DNA of 58,929 nucleotides, filler included, from an uncultured bacterium (GTDB lineage: Bacteria; DAOPZR01), in the NCBI GenBank assembly GCA_964637655.1. It is 4 parts of 4 records of this genome, joined end to end, with 100 filler letters (N's around TTAATTAATTAA, not from the genome) between each part and the next. Parts side by side here need not be neighbours in the genome. Positions count along the whole stretch, not along the records: positions 1 to 14,830 come from CAZWUZ010000064.1; positions 14,931 to 29,642 come from CAZWUZ010000065.1; 2 more parts are not named here. One strand, written 5' to 3'. The translations under genes were made by a program, and so were the position numbers. Every line of letters starts with the position of its first letter. Positions within the stretch are counted from its first letter, which is position 1. This document shows positions 11,444 to 21,302 of the stretch, piece after piece. A model generated the notes under the pieces. That model was not told the DNA's origin and made no database searches. It saw nothing but the letters and a program-made list of their open reading frames with translations.

Positions 11444-12546
11444 GTCAGGTCGTGTTCCAGCCGGCGCACAATTTTCTGCGCCGCGGTGCCGTCGCCGTAG
11501 GGATTGCGCTTACGCGCCATGGCGCGATGCGCGCGCGGATCATCAAGCAGGTGCGACACCAGCTGCACCAGTTTGGTGGTTGACGTTCCCCCCAGCACCA
11601 CCGTTCCCGCGCGCACGGCATCCTCGCGCTCGCTCTTCTCCCGTGCCACCACCACGGGGATCCCGAGTGCCGGCGCCTCTTCCTGCAACCCGCCCGAATC
11701 AGTGAGCACCAGGCGGCAGGTGCGCAGCAGGTGCGCGGTATCAGCATACGGGAGCGGCGCCAGCAGCCGCAGGTTGGGAATGCCGGAGAGCAGTTTCCGC
11801 GCCGGAATCCGCACCTGCGGATTCGGATGCACGGGATAATACCACTCCACTTCCGGGTAGCGCCTGCACAGTTGCTGCAGCGCGGTGAACACTGCGCGCA
11901 GCGGCGCGCCGAAGCTCTCGCGGCGATGCAGCGTGACCAGCACGCGCGCGGCTGCCGCCTCGCGCGCCAGCCACGACGGCGGCGCCGTGTGCTGCAGCGT
12001 CCACTGCAGCGCGTCAATGACGGTATTACCCGTGCGATGGATCAGCCGCGCCGGCACGTTTTCGCGCCGCAGGTTGCGCACCGCGGTTGCCGCCGGGGCG
12101 AAATGCCAGCGCGTGACCGCGGCCAGCATGTGCCGGTATCCCTCCTCGGGATACGGCGCACTGATATCGTGCGTGCGCAGGCCCGCTTCGACATGCCCGA
12201 ACGGCACGCGCGCATAGTAGGCCGCCAGCGCGGCGGCAAACACCGTCGCGGTGTCGCCTTCCGCCAGCACCGCCGCCGGACGCCGCTGTTCCAGCCGCGG
12301 TGTCAGCGCGGTGAGCAGACGCGCCAGCAGTTCATCCTGCCGCTGCCCGGGCCGCATCAGGTTGAGGTCGATATCCGCGCGCAGCCCGAACGCCGCCAGC
12401 GCCGTGTCGAGCATCTCACGATGCTGCGCGGTGGCCACCACCAGCGGGCGCAGCACGCGACTGGCGCGCAGCGCCATGATGACCGGCGCCATCTTGATTG
12501 CTTCCGGCCGCGTGCCGAGCACGCACATCACAGTTGCGCGTTGCAT
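11440..12546 (-). CDS. wecB: UDP-N-acetylglucosamine 2-epimerase (non-hydrolysing)
   Basis: GTRPEAIKMAP, HVEAGLRT, TLHRRE, TDSGGLQEEAP and NPYGDG motifs. Confidence 0.96.
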   Translation of the reverse strand: MQRATVMCVLGTRPEAIKMAPVIMALRASRVLRPLVVATAQHREMLDTALAAFGLRADIDLNLMRPGQRQDELLARLLTALTPRLEQRRPAAVLAEGDTATVFAAALAAYYARVPFGHVEAGLRTHDISAPYPEEGYRHMLAAVTRWHFAPAATAVRNLRRENVPARLIHRTGNTVIDALQWTLQHTAPPSWLAREAAAARVLVTLHRRESFGAPLRAVFTALQQLCRRYPEVEWYYPVHPNPQVRIPARKLLSGIPNLRLLAPLPYADTAHLLRTCRLVLTDSGGLQEEAPALGIPVVVAREKSEREDAVRAGTVVLGGTSTTKLVQLVSHLLDDPRAHRAMARKRNPYGDGTAAQKIVRRLEHDLT

Positions 12547-13361
12547 GAGTTCTCCTTGCGCAGCACCACGAAGAGCTTGTCACCCAGCGGCGGCACGAGG
12601 CCGGCCAGACGGTCAGCTGCCGTTGCCAGCCCGGCACGCCGCCAGCACCAGCTGCCTTCGTGATGCAGCCGCGCATGGTGTATGCCTGCCACCTGCCAGT
12701 CGCCGCGCTGTGCCAGCAGGCGGAAAGCGGGCGCGGTGAAGTGCCAGATATGCTCGTGCGGCCACCACCCGTACCAGGCGGGGCCGAGCAGGCGCGGCAC
12801 CAGGCCGCGGCAGAACGGTACGCTGATAACCGCGATACCCCCGGGGCGCAGCACCCGCTGCAGTTGCGCCAGAAACGTCAGCGGATCAGCGACGTGTTCG
12901 AGCGTCTGCTCACAGGTCACGATGTCGTATGCTGCCGCCGGCAGCGCGGCAAGGTCCTGCACCTGCAGTGCGCTGCTGAACCGCTCACGCCCGAACGCCA
13001 CCGCCGCCGCGTCGGTATCGATACCCGACGCCGCATACCCCGCCGCCTGCGCCTGCCGCACCAACACGCCGATATTGCAGCCAACATCGAGCAGGTCGCC
13101 GGCCGGGCAGTAACGCCGCACCACCGCCAGCGATTCGTCGGCAAAACGTTCCCATAACGGCAACTGCCGCACGCGGTCATTGTCCGCTACCGGCGTGGCG
13201 CGATAGTCGACTTCCGCCGGGCGCGGCACGGTCTGTCCCGTTCCGCAGACGGTGCAGAACGCTATCGCGAAAGGAACGTCACGGTCATCCGGCCCGATAA
13301 AGGTGCCGGCAAGGCCAGGGCGAAAGGTGGTGCCGCCACACCAGCAGGGGAGCGCCTTCAT
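12528..13361 (-). CDS. Class I SAM-dependent methyltransferase with N-terminal Cys motifs
   Basis: CWC...CTVC, LLDVGCNIG, LEHVADP and PHEHIWHFT. Start overlaps the upstream stop (ATGA). Confidence 0.85.
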   Translation of the reverse strand: MKALPCWCGGTTFRPGLAGTFIGPDDRDVPFAIAFCTVCGTGQTVPRPAEVDYRATPVADNDRVRQLPLWERFADESLAVVRRYCPAGDLLDVGCNIGVLVRQAQAAGYAASGIDTDAAAVAFGRERFSSALQVQDLAALPAAAYDIVTCEQTLEHVADPLTFLAQLQRVLRPGGIAVISVPFCRGLVPRLLGPAWYGWWPHEHIWHFTAPAFRLLAQRGDWQVAGIHHARLHHEGSWCWRRAGLATAADRLAGLVPPLGDKLFVVLRKENSCNAQL

Positions 13362-14830
13362 CGGCCCGTGCATGAGGCCACCAGCTGCAGCGGCGCACCG
13401 GCGCACCAATGGGCCGCGAGCGTCGTTTCACACCAGAGCGCGCCATCGCGCACGTACACCGCGTCGACCCATGGAAACGCGAAGGTCAGGTGCATGGTCT
13501 GCGTGCCGACCACCACGGCGCAGGCGGTAACCACACCACCGAGAGAAGCAGTTACCTGCACCGCGCTGACCGGTTCCGCCCAGCGCAGCACGGGAAAGAA
13601 AACCCGCGCGACCCGGGCAGCCGGCGGCGGTTGCAGCACGAACTGCCAGGCGCCCGTCTCCAGCACTGCCGTCGTCACCTGCCAGCCGGCCGTCGCCGGG
13701 CGGCACGCTGCAGGAATCCCGTCGAGTGAAGGCACGCTTTCATCCGGCACGCGCCGGACGGGATGCAGACGGCGCAGCAGTCGTTTCACCGGGCGCGGGA
13801 GCAGCGCGCGCGCCAGTTCCGGCACCAGCGCAGGTTGTTCCGCGCTGATTGCTGCGGTAACGCCGGGCAGTGCAGCACCATCAGCAACGGGGAGCACCGG
13901 CAGCGACAGGTCCGCACCCAGCGCCTGCGCCAGGCGCACGCCCCATACCGTAATGCCGTTTTCGAGGTAGAACGGGTGCGCTTTCCCTGCGGCATCGAGC
14001 GCCCATGATTCCGACCAGCCGCCGCTGCGCGCATCCTGCAGCGGCAGCACCTTCGCGGCCGTCCACGCGCCGAGTGCACGCCAGAAATCATCATTCGTGG
14101 CGTCAGCCAGCGCGAGATACGCTTCCGCCCAGAGCATGGTATCCCACGCGGCGAGACGCGGCGCAAACGATGACACCATCGGATCAACACAACCGAACTG
14201 CCCGGAATCAGTGCCCCACCCGCGCTGCCAGGTAATAAGAAAACAGCCAAGTGTTTCGGCCGCCTCCCGATACTGGCCATCGCCGGTCTGCTGCCAGGCG
14301 AGCAGGTTGGCGTGCAGCAATTCCACTGCTGACACACCATCCTGTTCGGTTTCACCGGCATCGCGCAGCGTCCCGCAGCCGGCAAAAGCATAATGCGGCG
14401 GGCGCGGATTGACCGCGGCCAGCGCCCGCAGGGCCGCGCGGCGAGATGTTTCGTCCTGCAGCACGTCCGCGGCAACCAGCAGCGCCCGTGCCGCCGCTGC
14501 GGTTGCCCCGATGGCACTGCGCGCGGAGGTTGCCTGCCGCTGCGCAGCATCCTCCGCTGCCGGCAGGGTCGGGTAGACCAGCGCCCAGCCGCCGTCAGGC
14601 AGTTGCGTGTGCAGCAGCCAGGCCAGGCCCGCACGCAGGCGTTCGCTCCCGGGCCAGTCGCACTGCTGCTGCCACAAACGCAGCGCCGCGGTCAGCAGGT
14701 TGGCCTGCCCGCCGGGATACCCGGTCAGTCCCGTTGCGTATTCCGTATGCCCGTAGCACTTTCCGTCACGTATCCCGAGCGTGTTATGCCAGACGCGCAG
14801 AGTACCCAGTTCCGGCAGCACCACCGATGC
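13358..14830 (-). CDS. Hypothetical protein, 5'-truncated by the contig end; possible alpha/alpha-barrel
   Basis: Long ORF with WLLHTQLPDGGW, AWQQTGDGQYREAA and ADATNDDFWR repeats. Confidence 0.55.
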   Translation of the reverse strand, partial: ASVVLPELGTLRVWHNTLGIRDGKCYGHTEYATGLTGYPGGQANLLTAALRLWQQQCDWPGSERLRAGLAWLLHTQLPDGGWALVYPTLPAAEDAAQRQATSARSAIGATAAAARALLVAADVLQDETSRRAALRALAAVNPRPPHYAFAGCGTLRDAGETEQDGVSAVELLHANLLAWQQTGDGQYREAAETLGCFLITWQRGWGTDSGQFGCVDPMVSSFAPRLAAWDTMLWAEAYLALADATNDDFWRALGAWTAAKVLPLQDARSGGWSESWALDAAGKAHPFYLENGITVWGVRLAQALGADLSLPVLPVADGAALPGVTAAISAEQPALVPELARALLPRPVKRLLRRLHPVRRVPDESVPSLDGIPAACRPATAGWQVTTAVLETGAWQFVLQPPPAARVARVFFPVLRWAEPVSAVQVTASLGGVVTACAVVVGTQTMHLTFAFPWVDAVYVRDGALWCETTLAAHWCAGAPLQLVASCTGR

Positions 14831-14930
14831 NNNNNNNNNNNNNNNNNNNNNNNNNNNNNNNNNNNNNNNNNNNNTTAATTAATTAANNNNNNNNNNNNNN
14901 NNNNNNNNNNNNNNNNNNNNNNNNNNNNNN
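14831..14930. other. Artificial contig linker
   Basis: N run, TTAATTAATTAA (stops in all six frames), N run. Confidence 0.98.
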
Positions 14931-14976
14931 CACCCTCACCCCTGCCCTCTCCCACTGCAGGCAGCGGGAGAGGGTG
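14931..14976. repeat. REP-like palindromic element at the contig edge
   Basis: CCCTCACCCC..CCCTCTCCC (14945-14953), loop, GGGAGAGGG (14966-14974); a common bacterial interspersed hairpin. Confidence 0.6.
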
Positions 14977-15084
14977 AATAGTTGCGGCGGTGGATAAACC
15001 GCAGTCGCGCACCACGCACAATCTCAGGGAAGGGCGCAACGCGCTCCTGCTGCTCCGGCAGGGCAAACACCACGGCAACGGCAG

Positions 15085-15726
15085 TCAGCTGTTCGGACAG
15101 GAAGGGCAGGACGCCTGTACGGGGCACTGCGCGCAGCGCGGGGCGCGGGCGCGGCAGCAGGCGCGCCCGTGCGCGATGAGCAGGTGGTTGACCGACGGCC
15201 ATGCCCGCCGCGGCAGCAGCATCATCAGTTCGCGTTCGATGGCTTCGGGCGCGGTCGCCCGCGCCCATCCGAGACGGCGGCTGAGACGCGCCACGTGGGT
15301 GTCAACCGCGATGGCCGGCGCCCCGTAGGCCACGGCGAGGATGACATTGGCAGTCTTACGTCCCACCCCGGGCAGGCGCCGCAGTTCGTCATGCGTGCGC
15401 GGCACGCTGCCGTCGAACTCGTCGCGCAGCACGCGGGCCGCGGCGACGAGATTTTTCGCCTTGGCGCGATAGAGCCCGAGCGAACGGATACACGGTTCCA
15501 CCATGCGCGGGGTGGCTGCCGCGAGCGACGCCGCATCCGGGTAGCGGGCAAAGAGCGCCGGCGTGACCTTGTTCACCGCGACATCGGTGGTCTGGGCGGA
15601 GAGCATCACCGCCACGGTCAGTTCGAAACGGTTGCGGAAGTGCAGGGCACAGCGCGCGTCAGGATACGCGATACGTAAACGGCGCAGCACGGCGGCGGCG
15701 GCGCGCGCGGTCGCTGCCGCGGACAT
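15085..15726 (-). CDS. nth: Endonuclease III
   Basis: LSAQTTD, HhH motif LPGVGRKTANV, VDTHV and FeS motif CRARAPRCAQCPVQASC. Confidence 0.96.
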   Translation of the reverse strand: MSAAATARAAAAVLRRLRIAYPDARCALHFRNRFELTVAVMLSAQTTDVAVNKVTPALFARYPDAASLAAATPRMVEPCIRSLGLYRAKAKNLVAAARVLRDEFDGSVPRTHDELRRLPGVGRKTANVILAVAYGAPAIAVDTHVARLSRRLGWARATAPEAIERELMMLLPRRAWPSVNHLLIAHGRACCRARAPRCAQCPVQASCPSCPNS

Positions 15727-17087
15727 CAGCCGAATCGGGCGCGAAACGCCCGGGTGGCGAGTTGCACCAGCCCGTCGAGGTCACCCGCCGCCAGCGGGTG
15801 CACATTGACCTCGGGGAGCGCCGCCTGCTGCTGCAGCCGCTCGGGGAGCGGCGGGCGGAAGCCGAGGATTTTTTCAAGCTTCTCCGGGAACTTGCCCGGG
15901 TCGGCGGTGAGAAACGCCCCGAGTTGCACCTCGCTGCCATACCGCTCCCGGTAGTGCAGCGCGCCCGCCACCGCCACCGCCCCGTGCACGTCGAGGATGC
16001 AGCCCGTCTCAGCGTAGACGCGGCGGATGGTGCGCGCGGTTTCGTCGTCGTCCACCGTCACCGGCACGATCAATTCGCGCATGCGCTGCAGGTCGTTGTT
16101 GAACAGGTAGAGAATGCGCGGGATATTGTTCGGCTTCTTCACGTTCATCGCATTGGAGAGGCAGTCAAACGTGTCGTGCACCGCGACTTCGCGCTCCCCG
16201 GATTCCAGCATGCGTACGAGGTAGTTGTTGAGATTGTGCGGGGCGACGAAGTGGCGCACCGGCAGTCCGCCCACCGGGGCCGCCGCGCTGAAGTTGGCGC
16301 CGATATGCCCGGCATTTCCCGTCGGGATGCAGAGCACCACCGGCTCGGGATACGTGCAGACCTGCGCGTAGAACCAGTAGGCGAACACCGCCTGCGGGAT
16401 GAACCTGCCCCAGTTGATGGAGTTGGCCGAGGTCGGGTTGAGCGCCTGCAGGCGCGGCTCCGCCAGCGCCGCCTTGGCCAGTTCCTGGCACTCGTGAAAA
16501 TCGCCGTCGACGGCGACGCAGATGATGTTCTCCCCCAGCGTCGTCATCTGCCGCCGCTGCTGCTCGGTCACCCCGCGCGCGGGGAAAAGCACACAGACCA
16601 TGGCGCGCCGCTTGCCGAGAAACGCCTGGGCGATGGCCGGCCCGGTATCGCCGCTGGTGCCGACAAAGACCATCGCCGCGCGGTCGCGTTTCGCCAGGTA
16701 GTAGTCGACCGTCCCCGCCACCAGCTGCGCGGCGAAATCCTTGAAGGCATAGGTCCAGTTGCGGAAGAGTTCGAGCACGTGCAGGCGGGGGTAGAGTTCG
16801 CGCACCGGTGCCTGCACCGTGCCGTACGCCGTGTCCAGGATGGCGCGGAAATCAGCCGCCGGGATGTCGGCAAAATAAGGGGCCAGCACCGTCTCCGCCA
16901 CCGCAGCGTAGGACTGCCCGCGCATGGCACGGATGGCGTCCGGCGGCACCGGGACGAAACGCTCGGGCACGTAGAGGCCCCGGTCGGGTGCCTGCCCGGT
17001 GAGCAGCACCGTTTCCAGGTCATAGGTGACCGGCGGGCGGCCGGCCTGCCAGTCGGCGGTATTCAGGTAGCGCAGCGGTTTCATCAC
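15726..17087 (-). CDS. thrC: Threonine synthase
   Basis: GQAPDRGLYVP, AFKD (PLP Lys), TSGDTG, SANSINWGR and PTGN motifs. Confidence 0.85.
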   Translation of the reverse strand: MMKPLRYLNTADWQAGRPPVTYDLETVLLTGQAPDRGLYVPERFVPVPPDAIRAMRGQSYAAVAETVLAPYFADIPAADFRAILDTAYGTVQAPVRELYPRLHVLELFRNWTYAFKDFAAQLVAGTVDYYLAKRDRAAMVFVGTSGDTGPAIAQAFLGKRRAMVCVLFPARGVTEQQRRQMTTLGENIICVAVDGDFHECQELAKAALAEPRLQALNPTSANSINWGRFIPQAVFAYWFYAQVCTYPEPVVLCIPTGNAGHIGANFSAAAPVGGLPVRHFVAPHNLNNYLVRMLESGEREVAVHDTFDCLSNAMNVKKPNNIPRILYLFNNDLQRMRELIVPVTVDDDETARTIRRVYAETGCILDVHGAVAVAGALHYRERYGSEVQLGAFLTADPGKFPEKLEKILGFRPPLPERLQQQAALPEVNVHPLAAGDLDGLVQLATRAFRARFG

Positions 17088-17545
17088 AGGTCCATCACCA
17101 GCGCCTGCTCATCGCAGTCGGGAAATTTGGGACACCTGACGCATTCCATCCAGACCTTCTGCGGCAGTTTCTCCTTGGGCACATCCTGGAAACCGACTTT
17201 GCGGAAGAAATCGCGCACGTAGGTCAACGCAAAGACGCGCTTGAGCCCGAGCGCCCGCGCATCGTCGATGCAGGCCGCGACCAGTTGCCGCCCGTACCCA
17301 TGCCCCTTGAGTTTCTCGCTTACCGTCAGGGCGCGAATCTCCCCGAGATCGGACCAGAAGATGTGCAGGGCGCAGGTGCCGAGCACCTCGTCCCCGCGCG
17401 CCGCCACGCGGTACTCGCGGATGTCGCTGTAGAGTTCCATCAGCTTGCGGTTGAGCATCAGGTGCTGGTCCGCGTAGCGGCTGATGATCAGCTGCATCTG
17501 CTCGACATCAGCCAGTCGTGCCGGCCGGATGACCACTTCGTCCAT
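17084..17545 (-). CDS. GNAT N-acetyltransferase (short ArgA-like)
   Basis: LGEIRAL, GHGYGRQLV, VFALT and KLPQKVWMECVRCPKFPDCDE. Confidence 0.85.
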   Translation of the reverse strand: MDEVVIRPARLADVEQMQLIISRYADQHLMLNRKLMELYSDIREYRVAARGDEVLGTCALHIFWSDLGEIRALTVSEKLKGHGYGRQLVAACIDDARALGLKRVFALTYVRDFFRKVGFQDVPKEKLPQKVWMECVRCPKFPDCDEQALVMDL

Positions 17546-17547
17546 GG

Positions 17548-18339
17548 TCACATCGCCTCCCGCTGCCGCGGCGGCGCCGCCGCCGTGAGTTCCGCACGGG
17601 TGCCGCGCAGGCTGAACCCGACCGGTGACAGCCGCGTTTCGTACGCCAGGTGCTGCCCGTTCCACGCCTGCAGCGTAAGCGACTCGAGCGCGCGGTCGTC
17701 GAGCAAAAAGAGGCGGCGCAGGCGCGACGCGGTCAGCGCGGCAAAGGGGTGGGCCTGCCCGTCTCCGAACTCGCGATAGAGGCAGTAAAGCGCCACCGGC
17801 CACGACGGCGGGGTTTCGAGAAGGTGCAGCATCTCCTGCTCGACGCGCAGCCACCCCGTCTTCTTGAGCAGGCGCAGCAGGCGCTCGCCCGACTTGGCAT
17901 CGGGGCGCAGCAGGGCGACCGTGACGAAGGCGTGCAGCACCTCGAGGCGCAGCGTGCGGCTGCCCGCCAGCACCTGCGGCAGCAGCACGCTGCCGACAAA
18001 GTCATCCACCAGGCGTTCGACCCGCGCCGCCTCGTAGAGCAGCAGTTGCAGCCGCTCGCGCTCGCTCAGGCAGCGCCACCACGCGGCGAGCGGAGTGCGC
18101 ACGTCAGTGCCGGGGAAGTAGCGCTCGAGCAGTTTGTAGGCGTTGACCCGCCGCGTGCTCGCCGACGCCTGCGGCAGTTTCTCCTGCAGCAGGGTCAGCA
18201 GTTCCTCGCGCGTCGTGCACTGCGCCGCGAGGTCATGCGCCAGCCCCGCCTCGCGCAGCAGGTCGTCATAGAGCGACACGTAGCCGCGCGGCGAGACGGC
18301 GGCAGTGGCCACGGTCGGGAATAAACTCAGCTGGTCCAT
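17548..18339 (-). CDS. Hypothetical protein resembling the BrxA/DUF1819 family
   Basis: LPQASASTRRVNAYKLLERY, QLLLYEAARVERLVDDFVGSVLLP and LLKKTGWL resemble BrxA-family segments (recognised by eye only). Confidence 0.5.
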   Translation of the reverse strand: MDQLSLFPTVATAAVSPRGYVSLYDDLLREAGLAHDLAAQCTTREELLTLLQEKLPQASASTRRVNAYKLLERYFPGTDVRTPLAAWWRCLSERERLQLLLYEAARVERLVDDFVGSVLLPQVLAGSRTLRLEVLHAFVTVALLRPDAKSGERLLRLLKKTGWLRVEQEMLHLLETPPSWPVALYCLYREFGDGQAHPFAALTASRLRRLFLLDDRALESLTLQAWNGQHLAYETRLSPVGFSLRGTRAELTAAAPPRQREAM

Positions 18340-18343
18340 GGAT

Positions 18344-19135
18344 TCACCGTTTCCGCGTCAGCCAGTCGCGCAGCTGCTGCGCCCAGCCCCCCGCGGTGAT
18401 CGGGCGCGGGTCATTGAACTCGACCTCGGCGCCGCGCAGAATGGCCGCGGGCACCGCCCGCGTCAGTTGCGCCACATTGTCGGCGCCGATGAGCGGCGTC
18501 GCCGCCGTCACCCACGCCTGCTGCTTGAAATCACGCTGCCGGGAGTCGTGCGCGTCGCTGGCGACCACGTGCACGAGGTTGTGCTGCAGGAAGAGTTTCG
18601 CCACCTTCTGCACCGCGCCGCCGAAGTAGCCGAGCAGCGAACCGGCATTCTGCTGCACCAGCACGCCCTTGTAGACCATCTCGTAGAGCAGCGACGGCTG
18701 GTTGATGATGTCGACGTTGCGCTCGGGATGCGCCAGCACGGGGTGGTAACCGCTGATCTGCAGGTCGAAGATGATGCTATCCATCCCCTGCGGCAGCCCG
18801 AGCGCGGGAAACTCGAGCAGCAGGTACTTCCCCGCCCCGAGCGTCGCCGCCGTTCCCGCCTTCGCCGCCTCGACCAGGTCGAAATCGAGATAGTTCTCCC
18901 CGCCCGGATATACCGTCACCGGAATCTGTTCCGCCTGCGCCGCGGCATTCAATTCCGCCACCGCTGCGGCGATGCTTTCCCGCGTATGGTCGTAGCTCCC
19001 CTTCATGATATGCGGGCAGGCGGTTACCGCGGTGAGTCCCTGCGCCGCCGCCTGGCGCAGCATGGCCAGCGATTCCTCGAGCGCCGCCGGCCCGTCGTCA
19101 AACCCGGGCAGCACGTGCGCGTGCAGGTCGATCAT
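18344..19135 (-). CDS. CpsB/CapC-type PHP tyrosine-protein phosphatase
   Basis: IDLHAHVLPGFDDG, LAHPERN and ASDAH motifs. Confidence 0.92.
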   Translation of the reverse strand: MIDLHAHVLPGFDDGPAALEESLAMLRQAAAQGLTAVTACPHIMKGSYDHTRESIAAAVAELNAAAQAEQIPVTVYPGGENYLDFDLVEAAKAGTAATLGAGKYLLLEFPALGLPQGMDSIIFDLQISGYHPVLAHPERNVDIINQPSLLYEMVYKGVLVQQNAGSLLGYFGGAVQKVAKLFLQHNLVHVVASDAHDSRQRDFKQQAWVTAATPLIGADNVAQLTRAVPAAILRGAEVEFNDPRPITAGGWAQQLRDWLTRKR

Positions 19136-19162
19136 CGCGCGGCTCCGGCACGGTACGGCATG

Positions 19163-19858
19163 TCAGAGGTTCCCCGTCATGGCGCGATCGAGAATGCCGA
19201 TCAGTTCGTCGATATCGATGTTCGTGCTGCGGCAGGGGCCGTGGGGGCGGCGGTTGAGAATGCCGAAGACCGGGGACTGGCGCACGTCGAAGATGCCGCC
19301 GAGCAGGTCGCGCTCGCAGGCGCAGGCGACGATGAGGTCGCTCTGCGACTGCTTGATCTGCCGCCGCGCCTCAGTGCCGCCCGTCACCACCATCACCTTG
19401 AGCCCGTGTTTCTTCGCCGCCGCACGGATCTGCGGGATGCCGCACTTGCCGCAGTCGCGGCAGTTGTCGACATCGGTGGTGATCTTGTAGGTGCATTCCC
19501 ACCACTGCAGGCAGTGCGGGAACAGGATAAGCACGTTTCTGATCAGTTTCCCGCGCAGGCGGCGCGCCACGTTGCGGTTGTTGATGGCAATCATCTGCCG
19601 GCGGACATCGTCGAGCCCGAGCCCGAAGAGACGTCCCCAGAAGAGCACGAGGGGGAGCATCAGGCGTGTGCCGTGCACCCCGACCCCGCCGGGGAGCCGG
19701 AGGGAGCGGGCCATGAAGTAGGTAAGCACCACCGCGACGCCGAGCATCCCCCAGACGCGCACGTGCGGCTGCAGCGAGGCGGCAAAAAAGAGCGCGGCGA
19801 GCAGCACGCTCGCCAGCGAACCCGCCAGCGTCAGATACCAGCGCCAGAGTCCCGTCAT
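19163..19858 (-). CDS. DUF116 family membrane protein
   Basis: PHCLQ, CRDCGKC, TGGT, ACACERDL and GPCRST; adjacent to fmt. Confidence 0.85.
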   Translation of the reverse strand: MTGLWRWYLTLAGSLASVLLAALFFAASLQPHVRVWGMLGVAVVLTYFMARSLRLPGGVGVHGTRLMLPLVLFWGRLFGLGLDDVRRQMIAINNRNVARRLRGKLIRNVLILFPHCLQWWECTYKITTDVDNCRDCGKCGIPQIRAAAKKHGLKVMVVTGGTEARRQIKQSQSDLIVACACERDLLGGIFDVRQSPVFGILNRRPHGPCRSTNIDIDELIGILDRAMTGNL

Positions 19859-20781
19859 GCTCCCCACGCCTCTCCCGCAACAGGGCGATAGCCGCGCACA
19901 AAGGCCGCCGCCGTCATCATCGTCTTGCCTTCCGGTTGCAGCATCACCATCTCCAGCAGGCCGTCACCGGTGCCCAGCCGCAGCGGTTCGGTGCTGACCA
20001 CCGTCCCCGCCGCCCCGCGCCCCGCCACCGTCTGCGCCGCGCCGACGGTCAGGCGCTTGCCCGCCCGCAGCGTGTACGCTCCCGGTGCGGGTTGCAGCGC
20101 GCGCACCAGCAGATCGAGCGCCGCCGCCGGCTGCAACCAGTCGATGACCCGCTCCTCCTTGCGCAGCTTGCGCGCCAGCGAGGCGGCGCGGTCATCCTGC
20201 GCCCGCGGATGCAGCGTGCCGTCCGCCAGACCCGCCACCGTGCGCGCCATCACCTCTGCGCCGAGCGCGGCGAGTTTCGTGCGCAGCGTACCGTACGTCT
20301 CGCGCGCGTCGATGGCCACCGTCGCCGCCAGCAGCATGCCGCCGGTATCGATGCGCTCGTCCATCAGCATCGCCGTCACGCCCGTCGCCCGGTCGCCCGC
20401 GAGCAGCGCCCGGCGGATCGGCTCCGCGCCGCGCCACGCGGGGAGCAGCGAACCGTGCAGGTTGACTGCCGCCAGACGCGGTACGGCCAGCGCCGCCGCC
20501 GAGAGGATCTGCCCGAAATCGACCACGAAGAGCAGGTCGGGCGCGGCCGCGCGCAGCGCCGCAATGCTCTCCGGCGCGTTGAGGTCGGCGGTGGCCAGCA
20601 GCGGTACTCCCGCCGCTTCGCCCCACACCTGCGCCGGGCAGGGGTGCAGTTCCCGCCCGCGTCCCGCGGGACGCGGGGGTGGCGTCACCAGCAGCACCAG
20701 TTCGTGTCCCGCGTCGCGCAGCGCCGCGAAGGCCGGCAGTCCGAAATCACCGCCGCTCGCCGCGGCAATGCGCAACGCCAT
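19855..20781 (-). CDS. fmt: Methionyl-tRNA formyltransferase
   Basis: PAGRGR, NLHGSLLPAWRGAEPI and DTG motifs; follows def. Confidence 0.93.
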   Translation of the reverse strand: MALRIAAASGGDFGLPAFAALRDAGHELVLLVTPPPRPAGRGRELHPCPAQVWGEAAGVPLLATADLNAPESIAALRAAAPDLLFVVDFGQILSAAALAVPRLAAVNLHGSLLPAWRGAEPIRRALLAGDRATGVTAMLMDERIDTGGMLLAATVAIDARETYGTLRTKLAALGAEVMARTVAGLADGTLHPRAQDDRAASLARKLRKEERVIDWLQPAAALDLLVRALQPAPGAYTLRAGKRLTVGAAQTVAGRGAAGTVVSTEPLRLGTGDGLLEMVMLQPEGKTMMTAAAFVRGYRPVAGEAWGA

Positions 20782-20782
20782 G

Positions 20783-21301
20783 CTACGTCCGCTTCCGCAA
20801 CTTCTGCAGTTCCTCGTGCGAGGTGTTGTCCTCCGCCAGCACCGCCGCCCGCTTCTTCTCCGTCAGCCGGTCGATGTAGAGCAGCCCCTCGATGTGGTCG
20901 TACTCATGCTGCATGGCACGGGCGAAATACCCCTCCGCCTCGAGCGTGCAGGCCTGCCCCTGTTCGTCGGTAAAACAGAGTTTCGCCTTCTGCCAGCGGC
21001 GGACTTCCGCCCGCCTGCCGGGCACCGACAGGCACCCTTCCTCGTCCACCACCATGTCGCCGCCCAGTTCAAGCGACGGGTTGATCACCGCGTAGACCTT
21101 CTCCGGGTTTTCCTGATCGCGCAGCACGAAGAGACGCAGCGCCTCACCCACCTGCGGCGCCGCCAGGCCGAGCCCGTCGTCGGCGCGCATCGTCTCGATC
21201 ATGTCCGCCACGAGCTGACGGATGCGATCATCGATGTGCGGTACCGGTTTCGCGCACTGCCGCAGCACGCGGTCGGGATAGGTGCGGATACGCAGGCGCA
21301 T
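20783..21301 (-). CDS. def: Peptide deformylase
   Basis: GLGLAAPQVG, EGCLS and QHEYDH motifs. Confidence 0.97.
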   Translation of the reverse strand: MRLRIRTYPDRVLRQCAKPVPHIDDRIRQLVADMIETMRADDGLGLAAPQVGEALRLFVLRDQENPEKVYAVINPSLELGGDMVVDEEGCLSVPGRRAEVRRWQKAKLCFTDEQGQACTLEAEGYFARAMQHEYDHIEGLLYIDRLTEKKRAAVLAEDNTSHEELQKLRKRT

Positions 21302-21302
21302 G

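Noticed and set aside
14831-14930. TTAATTAATTAA palindrome, also at 29687 and 44331
   Set aside because: Artificial six-frame-stop linker between contigs. Adjacency across it has no biological meaning.
18344-19135. Linking the PHP tyrosine phosphatase to the Wzc-like kinase as one locus
   Set aside because: Functionally plausible, but the genes lie on different contigs, so there is no positional evidence.
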